From Escherichia phage KEP1: a DNA stretch of 64,000 nt. Position numbers and translations under genes: made by a program. Shown piece by piece: positions 45,700 through 55,636 of this stretch. Location: the sequence record PP047755; one strand, 5' to 3'. Every line of letters begins with the position of its first letter. Position 1 is the stretch's first letter. Below the pieces are notes generated by a model, which ran no database searches, had not been told where the DNA came from, and saw only the letters and a program-made list of their open reading frames with translations.

Positions 45700-46075
45700 T
45701 CATTTTATCCCTTCTAATAATGATATATTCATAATGGGACGTATGGGCTAATTGCTGTGACCAATCCATAGTCATAAATACTTCATACTCATGACCATCA
45801 ATCATAACAATGTCAGACTCATTCCACTCTACATCATCTGAAGTTCTAAGTTTATATGTAGTATACAGGATTCTTGTATCGGTAAGTCTGATACCTTCCG
45901 GTAAAGCAATCTGTGTACCATTCTTTACAGAACCTTTGATATATGGCTGGATATTACCTTTACAGTTAACCTCTACAATATCTTGTGAAGCTACCCAATC
46001 ACCATCATCATTGTAATAACCATCTTCAGATGCTTTGCGCTTTACTACAAAGCTGTGTCTGTTTAAGAGTCTCAT
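45674..46075 (-). CDS. Head-tail connector protein (position-based)
   Basis: 133-aa ORF. Confidence 0.45.
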   Translation of the reverse strand: MRLLNRHSFVVKRKASEDGYYNDDGDWVASQDIVEVNCKGNIQPYIKGSVKNGTQIALPEGIRLTDTRILYTTYKLRTSDDVEWNESDIVMIDGHEYEVFMTMDWSQQLAHTSHYEYIIIRRDKMNAVRNSRT

Positions 46076-46554
46076 TTTTTAATACCCTTCTTAGTAGAAA
46101 TTTTATAAGCAAGGTTGTCCCTTAAGTCACCTGTCTCAACAAGAGGTGCATTAAAGCCTTTTTTCTTGACTGTGGAAGGTGCGTTAGGAGGGAGGATAGC
46201 AGAATTACCAAAACCTCTTTTAATTGCCTTTTGAACATTCTTTGCAAATGCTTCTAGGGTATTTGAAGGGTCTGTGTTGAGACTGCTAAGTTGCTTATAT
46301 AGATTCTTCTTAGTCTGCTCTAACAAGGTCTGTCTGTTTAGCATCATAGTGATTTCAAACAACCTACGATATACTTTACCAGAAGCTGAGGGAACCCCAA
46401 TAACTTCTTGCAAATACATTAAAGCAGGATAAGAAAAACCAGAGCTATGTTGACCTTGTTCTTGAAAATACCCAACTTGAGCATTAGCCGTTTGCAAGTT
46501 CTTCATAGCCCCGACTAATTTTGCTCTAGCGGGGTGAATAACCCTTTTAACCAT
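46072..46554 (-). CDS. Head-tail connector protein (position-based)
   Basis: 160-aa ORF. Confidence 0.45.
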   Translation of the reverse strand: MVKRVIHPARAKLVGAMKNLQTANAQVGYFQEQGQHSSGFSYPALMYLQEVIGVPSASGKVYRRLFEITMMLNRQTLLEQTKKNLYKQLSSLNTDPSNTLEAFAKNVQKAIKRGFGNSAILPPNAPSTVKKKGFNAPLVETGDLRDNLAYKISTKKGIKK

Positions 46555-47003
46555 TATTCATCTCGCTCGATAATAAATACGCCATTAACACGGTTGCAGT
46601 AATCTCTGCCTTCGTATCTGGCAGCATCACCATATTCTGTGTATTTCTTGACAGAGCAAGGATTCTGACGACGCATATCAATATCGCACTGGTTAATACC
46701 ACCTGCATAGGGTAGTCCTGAAACAGAGCTTTTAACAAGGTCATCATAAACAGCTTTCAGAGATTTGAATCTGGAAGAGTTACGTAAATAAACACCACCA
46801 ACCTTCTCATCTCCCATCTTGGCTACTTGAAAGAGTAAATATTTAAGAGCTTTGATGGCTGCTTTCTTTTCATCCTTTCCAGATTCTAGATAGAACCACT
46901 CTAGCACAGACTGTTCAATAAGAATTTCATCATTATTGGTGTCTGTGCAGAGGATTCTTACTCTATCAAGAGGGTTATTGGCTGGGTCGCCTGTATAACA
47001 CAT
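46554..47003 (-). CDS. Head completion protein (position-based)
   Basis: 149-aa ORF directly downstream of the capsid gene. Confidence 0.45.
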   Translation of the reverse strand: MCYTGDPANNPLDRVRILCTDTNNDEILIEQSVLEWFYLESGKDEKKAAIKALKYLLFQVAKMGDEKVGGVYLRNSSRFKSLKAVYDDLVKSSVSGLPYAGGINQCDIDMRRQNPCSVKKYTEYGDAARYEGRDYCNRVNGVFIIERDE

Positions 47004-47024
47004 TCATAACCCTCCTTAAGAATA

Positions 47025-48131
47025 TTATTCGTCTTTAGCGTCAGAACGAACGTCTACCAGCAACTGAGGACGAGTACAGTATGGCAGCATGTAAGAGTGA
47101 GCTTCGAAGTCAATACCTTCATCACGGTCTTTTTCGTATTCGAATACATACAGTTCCTGACCAAGTGTATTTGCGTAACCCATCTTAGGGCATGGGCCAT
47201 AAGCCACTTCGAAGATGTTGTTTGCTTCACCCAGCATAGAAACGTTAGGGAAAGCGTGTCCTACACCAACCTCTGCACCAGCACCATCAATGCTCACCAG
47301 AGTATGAACCTTACCACGCTTGTCTTTGAACTTACCGTTGTACTGGACAAACTTAACACCACCGTAGTAGAAAGTGTTCATGTGAGCCTGAACGCCGTCA
47401 GTACCACCAGTTCTCAGAGAACCAGTAATCTGTTGCCAAGCCAGTGGGGTCTGCTGTGCAAGATAGGCATCACGAATCTTAGGGTGTTTAGTCAGCTTGC
47501 TGAAGAATACACGGTCAACAACTACGTGAATTTCTTCACCGTTGATTACAGTGCCAGTCTTAGCTTCGTCTTCCATGTGCATACGCAGTTCTTCAATAGA
47601 AGCGTCGATGTCAGCATTAGGGTTGTCAAGGTCGAAGTAAACAGTCTTCTTCTCAACGTCGAACTGCTTGTACAGGTCAGCATACAGAGTACCACGAGCA
47701 TCAACAACTTTACCCTTCAGAGCTTGCATAAACAGGAACTCACGAGTAATATCGAACTTGGTACGAATCTTCATCAGCTTCTTAGCACGTACTACAGCTT
47801 CAGTAGTCAGTTCGTTTGCAGTGCCTGGCTGACGTACACCCTGAATTTCATCAGGAGTAATGCTTTCAACTTCTTTGAAGTACATCATTGGGAAGCTGAT
47901 TTGACGAACACGCTCAGGTGCGCTAGTCTCTGCTTTACGGCTATCACGGTCTACCGCATCAAGCAAGCTAACATCCCAATCAGTCAAATCCATAAGGAAA
48001 GTAGTTTGGGTGATTGGTGCTGAACGGAACAGACCTAAGTTGGAAATATACCCATAAGTATTTGGGATAGACTGGACTTCACCAGTCAGGTCAGCAAGGA
48101 AAAATCTGCTTTTTTCAGAATTAGTCAACAT
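47025..48131 (-). CDS. Major capsid protein (lambda gpE-like)
   Basis: 368 aa; position after protease/scaffold and decoration-like genes; C-terminal region resembles gpE-type capsid proteins from memory. Confidence 0.7.
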   Translation of the reverse strand: MLTNSEKSRFFLADLTGEVQSIPNTYGYISNLGLFRSAPITQTTFLMDLTDWDVSLLDAVDRDSRKAETSAPERVRQISFPMMYFKEVESITPDEIQGVRQPGTANELTTEAVVRAKKLMKIRTKFDITREFLFMQALKGKVVDARGTLYADLYKQFDVEKKTVYFDLDNPNADIDASIEELRMHMEDEAKTGTVINGEEIHVVVDRVFFSKLTKHPKIRDAYLAQQTPLAWQQITGSLRTGGTDGVQAHMNTFYYGGVKFVQYNGKFKDKRGKVHTLVSIDGAGAEVGVGHAFPNVSMLGEANNIFEVAYGPCPKMGYANTLGQELYVFEYEKDRDEGIDFEAHSYMLPYCTRPQLLVDVRSDAKDE

Positions 48132-48164
48132 TGTAAAATTCTCCAGAATGTCTTATTATTGTTA

Positions 48165-48542
48165 TTACAGGCCAGTTGGTACGAAATCGATACCTTTAGC
48201 AGCCAGAGCTGTCTTGACGCTCTCGGCATTAACACCAGACTCAAGAGTCAGCATGTCTTTCAGTTCTGCGTCACGGTAAATACCAACAACTTTCAACTGA
48301 CCGTGGTAAGACAGTTGCAGGTCTGCATAAAAGTTAACGATACATACAGAATCAGCCTGAGCTTCTTCCCCTGCTGCAACTTTAGTACCATCTGCTTTCA
48401 GAACTTCACCTACACGATATTCTGTAGATGCCTGTGGGGTGTACTCTTTACGAGAGTGGCCTGTTGGGGTAACCTGTTCCCAAAGAATGATATCATTCAG
48501 AGGTTCTCTTTTACCTAACTTAGTAAAACCTTGATATGCCAT
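48165..48542 (-). CDS. Head decoration protein candidate (lambda gpD-like position)
   Basis: 125-aa ORF between protease/scaffold and capsid genes. Confidence 0.45.
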   Translation of the reverse strand: MAYQGFTKLGKREPLNDIILWEQVTPTGHSRKEYTPQASTEYRVGEVLKADGTKVAAGEEAQADSVCIVNFYADLQLSYHGQLKVVGIYRDAELKDMLTLESGVNAESVKTALAAKGIDFVPTGL

Positions 48543-48553
48543 TATTGTGTTCC

Positions 48554-49900
48554 TTATTTGATAAGAGATTTTAGAGCATTCTGGAGAGCCAGTTTGCGTT
48601 GTTCAGCGGTGTCTTCGGAAGCATTCTTAGCTGGTTCTTTTTCTTCTTCAACTAAATCAGCTTCGCCGTCATTACCCACTTCTTCCATAGCGTTGGAATG
48701 TTCAAGAACAGCACCAGCAGTTTCTTTCAGCTTGGTAATTTCTGATTCTTTTTCTTCCATTGCAGAAGCATGGGACGCGATAGTTTCATTAAGTTTCTGG
48801 TTAGCACCTTCCATAGCATTCATAAACAGAACACTCAGAGGGTTATCAAGACCAGCACCTAAAATAGTCGTTGCAGCTTCTTTTGCATCAAATCCAAAAG
48901 CTTCAGCAGAAGCAGAAATCTTATTAGTCAAATCTGACAAAGCAGCTTCCTGTTCTTTAGCTTTCATTTGAGCAACCTGAAGACGCAAAGCTTCTAGTTC
49001 TTGCTTTTCTTGTTCAGTCATTTCTTCACCTGAATTGTTAACGTTTAAACTTACAGGAGCCTCTTCAGAACCTTGTAAGTAATTTAAGAAATCATCTTGA
49101 GACATGATTGAGTTAATTAAACCAAGTTCAAGAGCTTCCTGAGCAGAATAAACATTCGCCTCAGTATTCTTTACAGCTTCTTCAGAGATATTACGTGATT
49201 CAGCTACAAAACCTGTAAAGGTTGCGTAGGTATCATTAATTCTCTTTTGAAGTCTTTCTTTGCTTTCTACTGAAAGTGCTTGGAATGGTGAACCCATACC
49301 TTTAAACTCACCAGCTTTGATGACGTTAATTGTTACGCCATTCTTTTCAAATGCCTTAGTTAATTCCTGATGAACCATGATTACACCGATAGAACCAACA
49401 TCTGCATCTGGTGATGCAATAATTTCTTCAGCAGAAGATGCAAGAGCATATGCAGCGGAACAAGCGAACTCATCTACATAAGCAATAATTTTCTTTTGGC
49501 CTCTTGAAGCCATAATGTGACGTGCTAATTCAAAGCAACCTGAAGCTTCACCACCACCAGAATCGATGTGCAGAACAATAGTCTTAATTGACTCATCTGC
49601 TAAAGCTTCGTCAAAGCCTCTGCGTAAACCTTCATAAGAGCTTAAACCACCTGTACACATTGCATCAATGAATGTCATACGATGGGTTAAGCCACCCATA
49701 ATAGGAATAATAGCAATATCATCTTTTACTTTTAAAAGACTTCTTGCTTCACCTTTAGGTTTATCAAAGTTTACTGCTGCTTGGACATCACCCAGCAATC
49801 TGTTATTCACATAAGTTGCTGCTGAGTGAGCTAATGATTCAGTGGCTAGTAAAGGTTGGTTGAATAATCTATCAGCAAGTCTGAAGATATTCGAACTCAT
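48554..49900 (-). CDS. Prohead protease (S49/ClpP family) with C-terminal scaffold domain (lambda gpC/Nu3-like)
   Basis: 448 aa; S49-type core (IDSGGGEASG...CSAAYALASSA...VGSIGV); C-terminal charged coiled-coil tail. Confidence 0.75.
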   Translation of the reverse strand: MSSNIFRLADRLFNQPLLATESLAHSAATYVNNRLLGDVQAAVNFDKPKGEARSLLKVKDDIAIIPIMGGLTHRMTFIDAMCTGGLSSYEGLRRGFDEALADESIKTIVLHIDSGGGEASGCFELARHIMASRGQKKIIAYVDEFACSAAYALASSAEEIIASPDADVGSIGVIMVHQELTKAFEKNGVTINVIKAGEFKGMGSPFQALSVESKERLQKRINDTYATFTGFVAESRNISEEAVKNTEANVYSAQEALELGLINSIMSQDDFLNYLQGSEEAPVSLNVNNSGEEMTEQEKQELEALRLQVAQMKAKEQEAALSDLTNKISASAEAFGFDAKEAATTILGAGLDNPLSVLFMNAMEGANQKLNETIASHASAMEEKESEITKLKETAGAVLEHSNAMEEVGNDGEADLVEEEKEPAKNASEDTAEQRKLALQNALKSLIK

Positions 49901-49912
49901 TTTTTACTCACC

Positions 49913-50245
49913 CTATTTGTTTAAATCTACAGAGACTGAAGAGATAACATAGATACCTTCTTCAGCAAAGAATTGAGGTTTGCTAAGAGCACCAGTTGCC
50001 ACGCATTTATCGTTAGCATCCCACAAGCTATAGTGTGAGACCGTTGCAGAAGCTGGAACAGTAATATTAACTGTGTCTTCTGAGGCAATTAAGCCATTGT
50101 CCGGTTCAGAAAAATAAATAGCCACTGGCTGAGTAACCTTATTTGCTGTAGGGTCTGCCGTTGGGTCTACATTGTGTAAAATAATAGTCGTTGGGGTTAG
50201 CGTGGCGAGGATTTTATTCTTACCATCAATAGTTAATGTTCCCAT
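49913..50245 (-). CDS. hypothetical head-associated protein
   Basis: 110-aa ORF. Confidence 0.45.
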   Translation of the reverse strand: MGTLTIDGKNKILATLTPTTIILHNVDPTADPTANKVTQPVAIYFSEPDNGLIASEDTVNITVPASATVSHYSLWDANDKCVATGALSKPQFFAEEGIYVISSVSVDLNK

Positions 50246-50745
50246 TAATTAAACCTTACTTTTTGTTTAAGGACTGTTGAATGGTTACCAGATTCATCTA
50301 CCACATTTACAATCATATCATATACTTTACCTTTGACAAGTACTTTGTAATCATTTTGTGAAAAAATGTATTCAAGTCTGTTTGTTTCTTTATTAACTGT
50401 CATTGGAGATTGAAATGCAGTGTCGAGGGTAATGAAAGCGGCTTCAATGCTATTAACATTGATACGTTTATTCTCGCAGTTATATAACTTTACACCCAAA
50501 AGGCATGAACTGTCAAATGGAATTTTAACAATTTCACTACAATTTCCTGAAATAAACGGTTTTCCACTCATTGGTGCATCAAGTAACCTGCAAATAGTGA
50601 AAACGTCAGAGATTCCACCATCACTAACATAACCTGAAAGGCTGACCCTTGAGCCAGCCTCTACAGATAACTTATCAGTAATGATAAGGACACCCCTATA
50701 CGAATGCACTCGTGTAGCATTTGAAATAGAGATAACTTCAGCCAT
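50245..50745 (-). CDS. hypothetical head-associated protein
   Basis: 166-aa ORF directly downstream of portal. Confidence 0.45.
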   Translation of the reverse strand: MAEVISISNATRVHSYRGVLIITDKLSVEAGSRVSLSGYVSDGGISDVFTICRLLDAPMSGKPFISGNCSEIVKIPFDSSCLLGVKLYNCENKRINVNSIEAAFITLDTAFQSPMTVNKETNRLEYIFSQNDYKVLVKGKVYDMIVNVVDESGNHSTVLKQKVRFN

Positions 50746-52220
50746 TATTTATTTGCCTTATTTGCTGTGCTTGGGTCTTTCGCTGAAGGTGTCTTTGCAG
50801 TACCTTCTCCAGCGGTCTTATAACCATCTCCTGAACGGCTTTGGCTATTTGGAGAAAGTTTTTCAGATACTGGCTGAGACTCATCAGCAGGAGGAAGACC
50901 AATATGCTCTCTAAGTTTGTTAGATAGCTCTTTGTCAACTTCCAAAGCACCTACTGCAACAGTCTTCTGAATATAAGAACCGATTGCTTCAAGGTCTGGA
51001 GTTTCGATATCATCATACGTGATTTGTACATGTTCTTCATCATCCCACATATTAAGAGCATAAGTCTGTGCAACTAAATCACGGTTAATTACGTTCTTAA
51101 TTTGCTTCAGCAGAATATCTACTGACATTGCTAATAGGCTTGTCTTAGAATCTGCAAGAGAGAATGAACCATATTTTGACTGACCCATAGCAAGAACATC
51201 TGACATGAATGCCATCATAATCTGCTTGGAATATCTATCAATAATAGAACCTGTATCGTATGCTTTAGCACCCTGTCTAGAAACTAATGAGAACTCAAAG
51301 ATATCCTCTTTAGTATCTGGGTCGATATATCTAGGCCAGATTAAACCTGCTCTGTCATTAGCAATCATATCGTTAACAACAGTTTTGCAGTATTGCACGA
51401 AAGCTTTCTTTTCAGGCTCTGCATTTTCATCCAGATAGTCTGGTGGTAAACCAATCTTTGGCATACCTACTAAGTCTCTTGAAACACCAACAGCTTCATA
51501 CTCTTCAATCTGTACTTTATATTTCCACGGTACATAAGCATTAAGTAATGGTGAACGACCTTCTGGGTTACCATACTCATCATCATACTTAAACAGCATG
51601 AATTTAGCTCGTGGAAGTTTTCTTGTTAGAGGTCTTTCTCCGAGATTGATTGCTCCAGCAATGTGTGAAACATTTCTCAGATTCTGTCTAACACCAGTAA
51701 CTTTTCTAAAGTCTTCGTCAAAATACCACTTATCAAGCGTTGACTGGTTTCTGATTGGTAATTTAGCCCACCCAATTAGACCATCATCGAATTTTGACTG
51801 GTACTTTCCTTTTTTACCCTGACGTTTCTTATAAACCTTTTCGTTAACACAGAACCCATAAGTGCAGAATGACATCACAGAGTTAATAAAATCTGCCCAA
51901 TCATGCTCCATGTCATCCATTAAAGAATTAAAGAAGTCTGCTCTTTCAAGCATTTTAGGGTCTTGCTCTTTTCCCTTTGGAGGTACGAATCTCCAGTTGA
52001 CTTTTCTGACAAACATCTTAATAATATTTACAGATGCTGCTACAGCAGGGTCACGCATCATTAATTGGAAAGTTTTAATACTTTCAGGGAACCTTAGTGC
52101 CTGACGAGGTTCTTCATAGATTCTTCCATTCTTAACCTTCAGACCCAAAGAACCTACTTCACCCATTCTAAATGGTGGTAAGCTTTCTTGTGTTTCTGTA
52201 ATATCTGCCATTCTTCTCAC
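50745..52220 (-). CDS. Portal protein
   Basis: 491 aa; position immediately downstream of large terminase. Confidence 0.7.
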   Translation of the reverse strand: MRRMADITETQESLPPFRMGEVGSLGLKVKNGRIYEEPRQALRFPESIKTFQLMMRDPAVAASVNIIKMFVRKVNWRFVPPKGKEQDPKMLERADFFNSLMDDMEHDWADFINSVMSFCTYGFCVNEKVYKKRQGKKGKYQSKFDDGLIGWAKLPIRNQSTLDKWYFDEDFRKVTGVRQNLRNVSHIAGAINLGERPLTRKLPRAKFMLFKYDDEYGNPEGRSPLLNAYVPWKYKVQIEEYEAVGVSRDLVGMPKIGLPPDYLDENAEPEKKAFVQYCKTVVNDMIANDRAGLIWPRYIDPDTKEDIFEFSLVSRQGAKAYDTGSIIDRYSKQIMMAFMSDVLAMGQSKYGSFSLADSKTSLLAMSVDILLKQIKNVINRDLVAQTYALNMWDDEEHVQITYDDIETPDLEAIGSYIQKTVAVGALEVDKELSNKLREHIGLPPADESQPVSEKLSPNSQSRSGDGYKTAGEGTAKTPSAKDPSTANKANK

Positions 52221-52227
52221 CTAGCTA

Positions 52228-53844
52228 TCAACGTCTAAGCCCCTCATATGGGTTTCCTCTCACTAAGTCTGTGTGAGCACCCATTGATGGTGGCTTGAAT
52301 AATTTAACTTCGTTAAGACTGTTGAAAGCATCACTGGTAGCATCCACTTGGTCATCTTTAGTTTTACCATCACCACAAAAACCTTCAAGTTCTTGAAAGT
52401 AAGCTTCGTTCCAACTACCTCTCAAGACTTTTACAAGTCCAGCTTCAGAAGCAGCAGAAAACCCCGCAAATCGGGTAACTTTGTCTTTATTTGTTGGTTT
52501 AGCCCTTGCTCGATAACCTTTCTCGGCAAGTTTCCTGATGAGGGATGTTGCGTAGGATTTACCAGCAGCGCCTGGGTCTTGAGGGATAAAAATACCAGTT
52601 CGCTTACCGTCACTTTCAGCAGTCAAATTAATTTGTGTTTCGACTCCAGAGGGTCTATCTCTAAATCTTACTACATCAATGATATAATAGCAACCGTCTT
52701 TTTTAGATTTACCCATCTTAACACCTGCTGTCCAGTCTGGGTTAGGGTTAATCTCAGATGGTAAAGTTGCTGCTAAGTCCCATGCTCTGACATCGAATAC
52801 ATCTTCTGGGAGTGAATCAACAATTTCACACCATTGTCTTTGCCAATAGTTTGAACCTTCTGCACGAGCCTTCCAGTTACCGAAACGAAGTCTTGCAACG
52901 TTTACAGGGGTGTTGTTTTCCAACTTACCACGATATTTAGGTTCTAGGAAGTCAAGAATTGGGTTATCATCAATCGTACCAGAGATGAATGTATATGTTT
53001 GAGGAATCTCAAGAGGAAACATTTCAAGAATCTTGTCTCTCTCCCAATCAGAAACCATAACACCATCATTCATTACATACCAACGAATACGACCACACTT
53101 TTCAGGGTCTGGGTAACCTTCTTCATCTAAGAATGGTTCTACCCAATCGTAAATAAAGTGGTCTCTGTCTGGGTTCATAGAAATCTTCATGTATGAATCA
53201 CCTTCAGCCCCAGAACGTAGACGAGTCTGTAGGTATGAAATCTGTGAAGCAGAGAAGTGAGTACCTTCGTCAAAGTAAATAGCTGAGTATTCAATACCCT
53301 GATGACCTTCAGCGTGCTTTTCAAGTTCTAGGTAGGTAAACTTGATAGTTGCCCCAGAAGGGAATGTGATAGTCATCTTCTGCTCGTGAGGAACCCCACC
53401 AAACTTACCAAATAGTTTCTTTGCAGCAGGCCACAAACCACCTTGTAACTGTGTTGTATTTCGACGGAAATATACAGCATTATAATTAGGGTCATCAATA
53501 AACCTTAAAGAGTCCATTAACAATGCAGCAGTCTTACCAGCACCCGCAGCACCACCATAGAGAACCAAGTCAGCATTAGTATTTAAAAAGACCTCTTGAG
53601 AACCCGGCTGAGGGGCTACATAGTTCTTATCAGTCATCAATTTGAAGATAAGTCTAACTTGGTCTGGGGTGTATCTTAATAAAGTCAGAATTTGAGTTGG
53701 AAGGAATTTAGAGGGGTCTTTACCGAATGATTTGATAATTTCTTTTACTTCATCAGAAAGCCCCAACTCTCCAGCTAGGACTTTCCTAACATCTTCCACT
53801 CGCTTCTGCTTAACAGCATTTAAGTCCATTAAGCGCCTCCGCAA
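52228..53844 (-). CDS. Terminase large subunit
   Basis: 538 aa; Walker A VLYGGAAGAGKT; C-terminal nuclease-like acidic residues. Confidence 0.85.
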   Translation of the reverse strand: MRRRLMDLNAVKQKRVEDVRKVLAGELGLSDEVKEIIKSFGKDPSKFLPTQILTLLRYTPDQVRLIFKLMTDKNYVAPQPGSQEVFLNTNADLVLYGGAAGAGKTAALLMDSLRFIDDPNYNAVYFRRNTTQLQGGLWPAAKKLFGKFGGVPHEQKMTITFPSGATIKFTYLELEKHAEGHQGIEYSAIYFDEGTHFSASQISYLQTRLRSGAEGDSYMKISMNPDRDHFIYDWVEPFLDEEGYPDPEKCGRIRWYVMNDGVMVSDWERDKILEMFPLEIPQTYTFISGTIDDNPILDFLEPKYRGKLENNTPVNVARLRFGNWKARAEGSNYWQRQWCEIVDSLPEDVFDVRAWDLAATLPSEINPNPDWTAGVKMGKSKKDGCYYIIDVVRFRDRPSGVETQINLTAESDGKRTGIFIPQDPGAAGKSYATSLIRKLAEKGYRARAKPTNKDKVTRFAGFSAASEAGLVKVLRGSWNEAYFQELEGFCGDGKTKDDQVDATSDAFNSLNEVKLFKPPSMGAHTDLVRGNPYEGLRR

Positions 53845-53850
53845 ATAGAA

Positions 53851-54051
53851 TTATTCAGAGTCTGTAGCAGTCTCTTCTTTCTTAACTTCGAACTTTGCAT
53901 CAACAGCATCAAGAAGTGCATCCATAGATGCTTCTTTAATATCAATACCTGTTGCTACAGATAATCTGTCTGCAATTGCCATGATAGTATTCTGCATAAA
54001 TTCTAGCTTCTTATTAGCTTCATAAAGTTCTTTATAAACGGTCTCGCTCAT
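53851..54051 (-). CDS. hypothetical small protein upstream of large terminase
   Basis: 66-aa ORF; too small for a typical small terminase. Confidence 0.4.
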   Translation of the reverse strand: MSETVYKELYEANKKLEFMQNTIMAIADRLSVATGIDIKEASMDALLDAVDAKFEVKKEETATDSE

Positions 54052-54093
54052 TATGTTTTCTCCAAATAGTTAATCATGTTTCCCCTTAAAAAA

Positions 54094-54112
54094 GACGGTA
54101 CAGAGACCGTCA
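54094..54112 (-). terminator. Terminator-like hairpin between tRNA cluster and packaging genes
   Basis: GACGGT-ACAGAG-ACCGTC hairpin followed by U-run on the minus-strand transcript. Confidence 0.5.
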
Positions 54113-54273
54113 AGGAGAAACCACAATGTACGTCAGAGACATACTGTATAAGTCTTCTTATAAAGTATAACTCTGTAAAAAAGCCCTGTCTAAAAATACT
54201 CTTCGGTAGCGAAAGGAAGAATACTTATAGCAGGGCATTATTATTATTTTAATTGAGAGAGAGTAAAATAACT

Positions 54274-54350
54274 TGGAGAATCCGAAGGGACTCGAACCCT
54301 TATAAACCTGTTTTGCAGACAGGCACATAGCCATTTCTGTCACGGATTCA
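54274..54350 (-). tRNA. tRNA-Cys (anticodon GCA), boundaries +/-3 nt
   Basis: Cloverleaf by eye: T-arm rc AAGGG-ACTCGAA-CCCTT, anticodon stem CCTGT/ACAGG, loop CUGCAAA, 7-bp acceptor, CCA encoded. Confidence 0.65.
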
Positions 54351-54353
54351 AAT

Positions 54354-54443
54354 TGGAGGAAGATACCAGACTTGAACTGGTACACCGATTTCTCAGCTAC
54401 TGGCAGTTTAGCAAACTGCTCCCTTACCTTTTAGGGTTAATCT
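54354..54443 (-). tRNA. tRNA-Ser (anticodon GCU), type II, about 90 nt
   Basis: Acceptor GGAAGAT/ATCTTCC, anticodon stem GCAGT/ACTGC, loop UUGCUAA, long variable arm, CCA encoded. Confidence 0.65.
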
Positions 54444-54448
54444 TCCAT

Positions 54449-55246
54449 TTATTTCTGTAATGCGTTCTTCATTTCTGGTGTTGCAATAGTGTCAATTACA
54501 CCAGTTTTACAAGCATCATCAAACCAGTCTGGTAAGATACCTGCTAAGAACCCATTGATATTCGTTTTAAGGTACTCTGCAATAAGGGCAGCTTCTTCTT
54601 CAATCATCTGCACAACTTCATCTGCATAAGCTGTAATCTTTGAGATACCTTCATTAATCTTACTAACAGCTTGGTTAGCTAAATCAGAAATAGTATCAAG
54701 ACCTTTATCAATAGCATCCTGTAAGTCACTTAATACATCATTAACACCGTCTAGTGCACTGTTAATCGTATCAATAGCTTTTTGACCATACTCTGTAGCA
54801 ACACCCATAATACCACTAAATGGTGTACAACCGACTTGCTCTCCTGCTGCACCCATAACATTGGAATATCCTTTTGCTACCTGCATACGTGATGAAAACT
54901 CATCAATGGACTTTTGACCGTAATCTGTCAGTGTCTTAGTAGTTGATGTAGTGCTTGTCAGACTCGTTGTAAAGCTGTTAAGCAGAACTGTTGTAAGTCC
55001 AGCAGCAATAAGCTTATCCTTTATTGTAGGGTCTGTTACAGAGCTAATAGAGCTTACAAGTGATGTAGAGGCAGCTACGGTTCCACCGAGAACTGCTGCA
55101 CCAGTAATAAGGGGATTAGAAAACCCTCTACCGGTTTTTAAGAGATTAAAAATCTCCTTACCTTGTTCTGTCATCTCTTTCATTAAGCACCTTTGAAATT
55201 GGTAGTCCAGTGGGATTTGAACCCTCTTCTCATGTTTTTCAGACAC
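54449..55246 (-). CDS. hypothetical protein inside tRNA cluster (Thr/Ser-rich, hydrophobic segment)
   Basis: 265-aa ORF between tRNA genes, co-oriented; ORF-track start may overlap the tRNA-Phe 3' end. Confidence 0.5.
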   Translation of the reverse strand: MSEKHEKRVQIPLDYQFQRCLMKEMTEQGKEIFNLLKTGRGFSNPLITGAAVLGGTVAASTSLVSSISSVTDPTIKDKLIAAGLTTVLLNSFTTSLTSTTSTTKTLTDYGQKSIDEFSSRMQVAKGYSNVMGAAGEQVGCTPFSGIMGVATEYGQKAIDTINSALDGVNDVLSDLQDAIDKGLDTISDLANQAVSKINEGISKITAYADEVVQMIEEEAALIAEYLKTNINGFLAGILPDWFDDACKTGVIDTIATPEMKNALQK

Positions 55247-55276
55247 GCGCTTTAACCATATAAGCTACTTGGACTA
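55200..55276 (-). tRNA. tRNA-Phe (anticodon GAA)
   Basis: Acceptor TAGTCCA/TGGACTA, anticodon stem CGTGT/ACATG, loop CUGAAAA. Confidence 0.6.
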
Positions 55277-55281
55277 TAAAT

Positions 55282-55357
55282 TGGGGTGACCTACGGGATT
55301 TGAACCCGTATAGACCATGTTCACAGCATGGGTCATTACCATTTATGATAAGGCCAC
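55282..55357 (-). tRNA. tRNA-His (anticodon GUG)
   Basis: T-arm ACGGG-ATTTGAA-CCCGT (rc), anticodon stem CCATG/CATGG, loop CUGUGAA. Confidence 0.6.
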
Positions 55358-55388
55358 ATTTAAGGACTCTCGTAAGAACCCTTAGAAG

Positions 55389-55464
55389 TGGCAGCGGCAT
55401 AAGGATTTGAACCTTAATAAGACAGCTTCAGAGACTGCTGCATTGCCAGTTATGCTATACCGCT
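55389..55464 (-). tRNA. tRNA-Gln (anticodon CUG), tentative
   Basis: Acceptor and T-arm clear; anticodon loop CUCUGAA with G-U containing stem. Confidence 0.45.
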
Positions 55465-55469
55465 AAATT

Positions 55470-55558
55470 TGGTACTCCATATCGGATTCGAACCGATACA
55501 TAACACAGATTTTAAGTCTGGCCTCTCTGCCAATTGGAGTAATGGAGCATTGGCGGGG
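55470..55558 (-). tRNA. tRNA-Leu (anticodon UAA), type II, about 86 nt
   Basis: T-arm ATCGG-ATTCGAA-CCGAT (rc), anticodon loop CUUAAAA, long variable arm. Confidence 0.55.
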
Positions 55559-55560
55559 GA

Positions 55561-55636
55561 TGTTGGAATTGAACCAACTTCTTCGATTTCAAAGACCGAG
55601 GTTTTAACCTTGTAAACTAATCCCCTTTAAATCTTT
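55561..55636 (-). tRNA. tRNA-Gln (anticodon UUG)
   Basis: T-arm GTTGG-AATTGAA-CCAAC (rc), anticodon stem TCGGT/ATCGA, loop CUUUGAA. Confidence 0.55.

Noticed and set aside
47097-48023. 308-aa plus-strand ORF antisense to the major capsid gene
   Set aside because: It lies entirely inside the opposite strand of a well-supported capsid gene and has Leu/Ser/Val-rich low-complexity composition typical of antisense artefacts. The same reasoning applies to other internal antisense or alternate-frame ORFs in the track (for example 527-838, 20262-20651, 20706-21110, 48531-48971, 52348-52764).
53851-54051. Small terminase subunit assignment for the 66-aa ORF upstream of large terminase
   Set aside because: It is much shorter than typical small terminases and has no recognisable DNA-binding motif; position alone is insufficient.
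54158-54385. 75-aa minus-strand ORF from the ORF track
   Set aside because: It overlaps the tRNA-Cys and tRNA-Ser genes and a terminator-like hairpin; its composition looks like translated structured RNA, so it is most likely not a protein gene.
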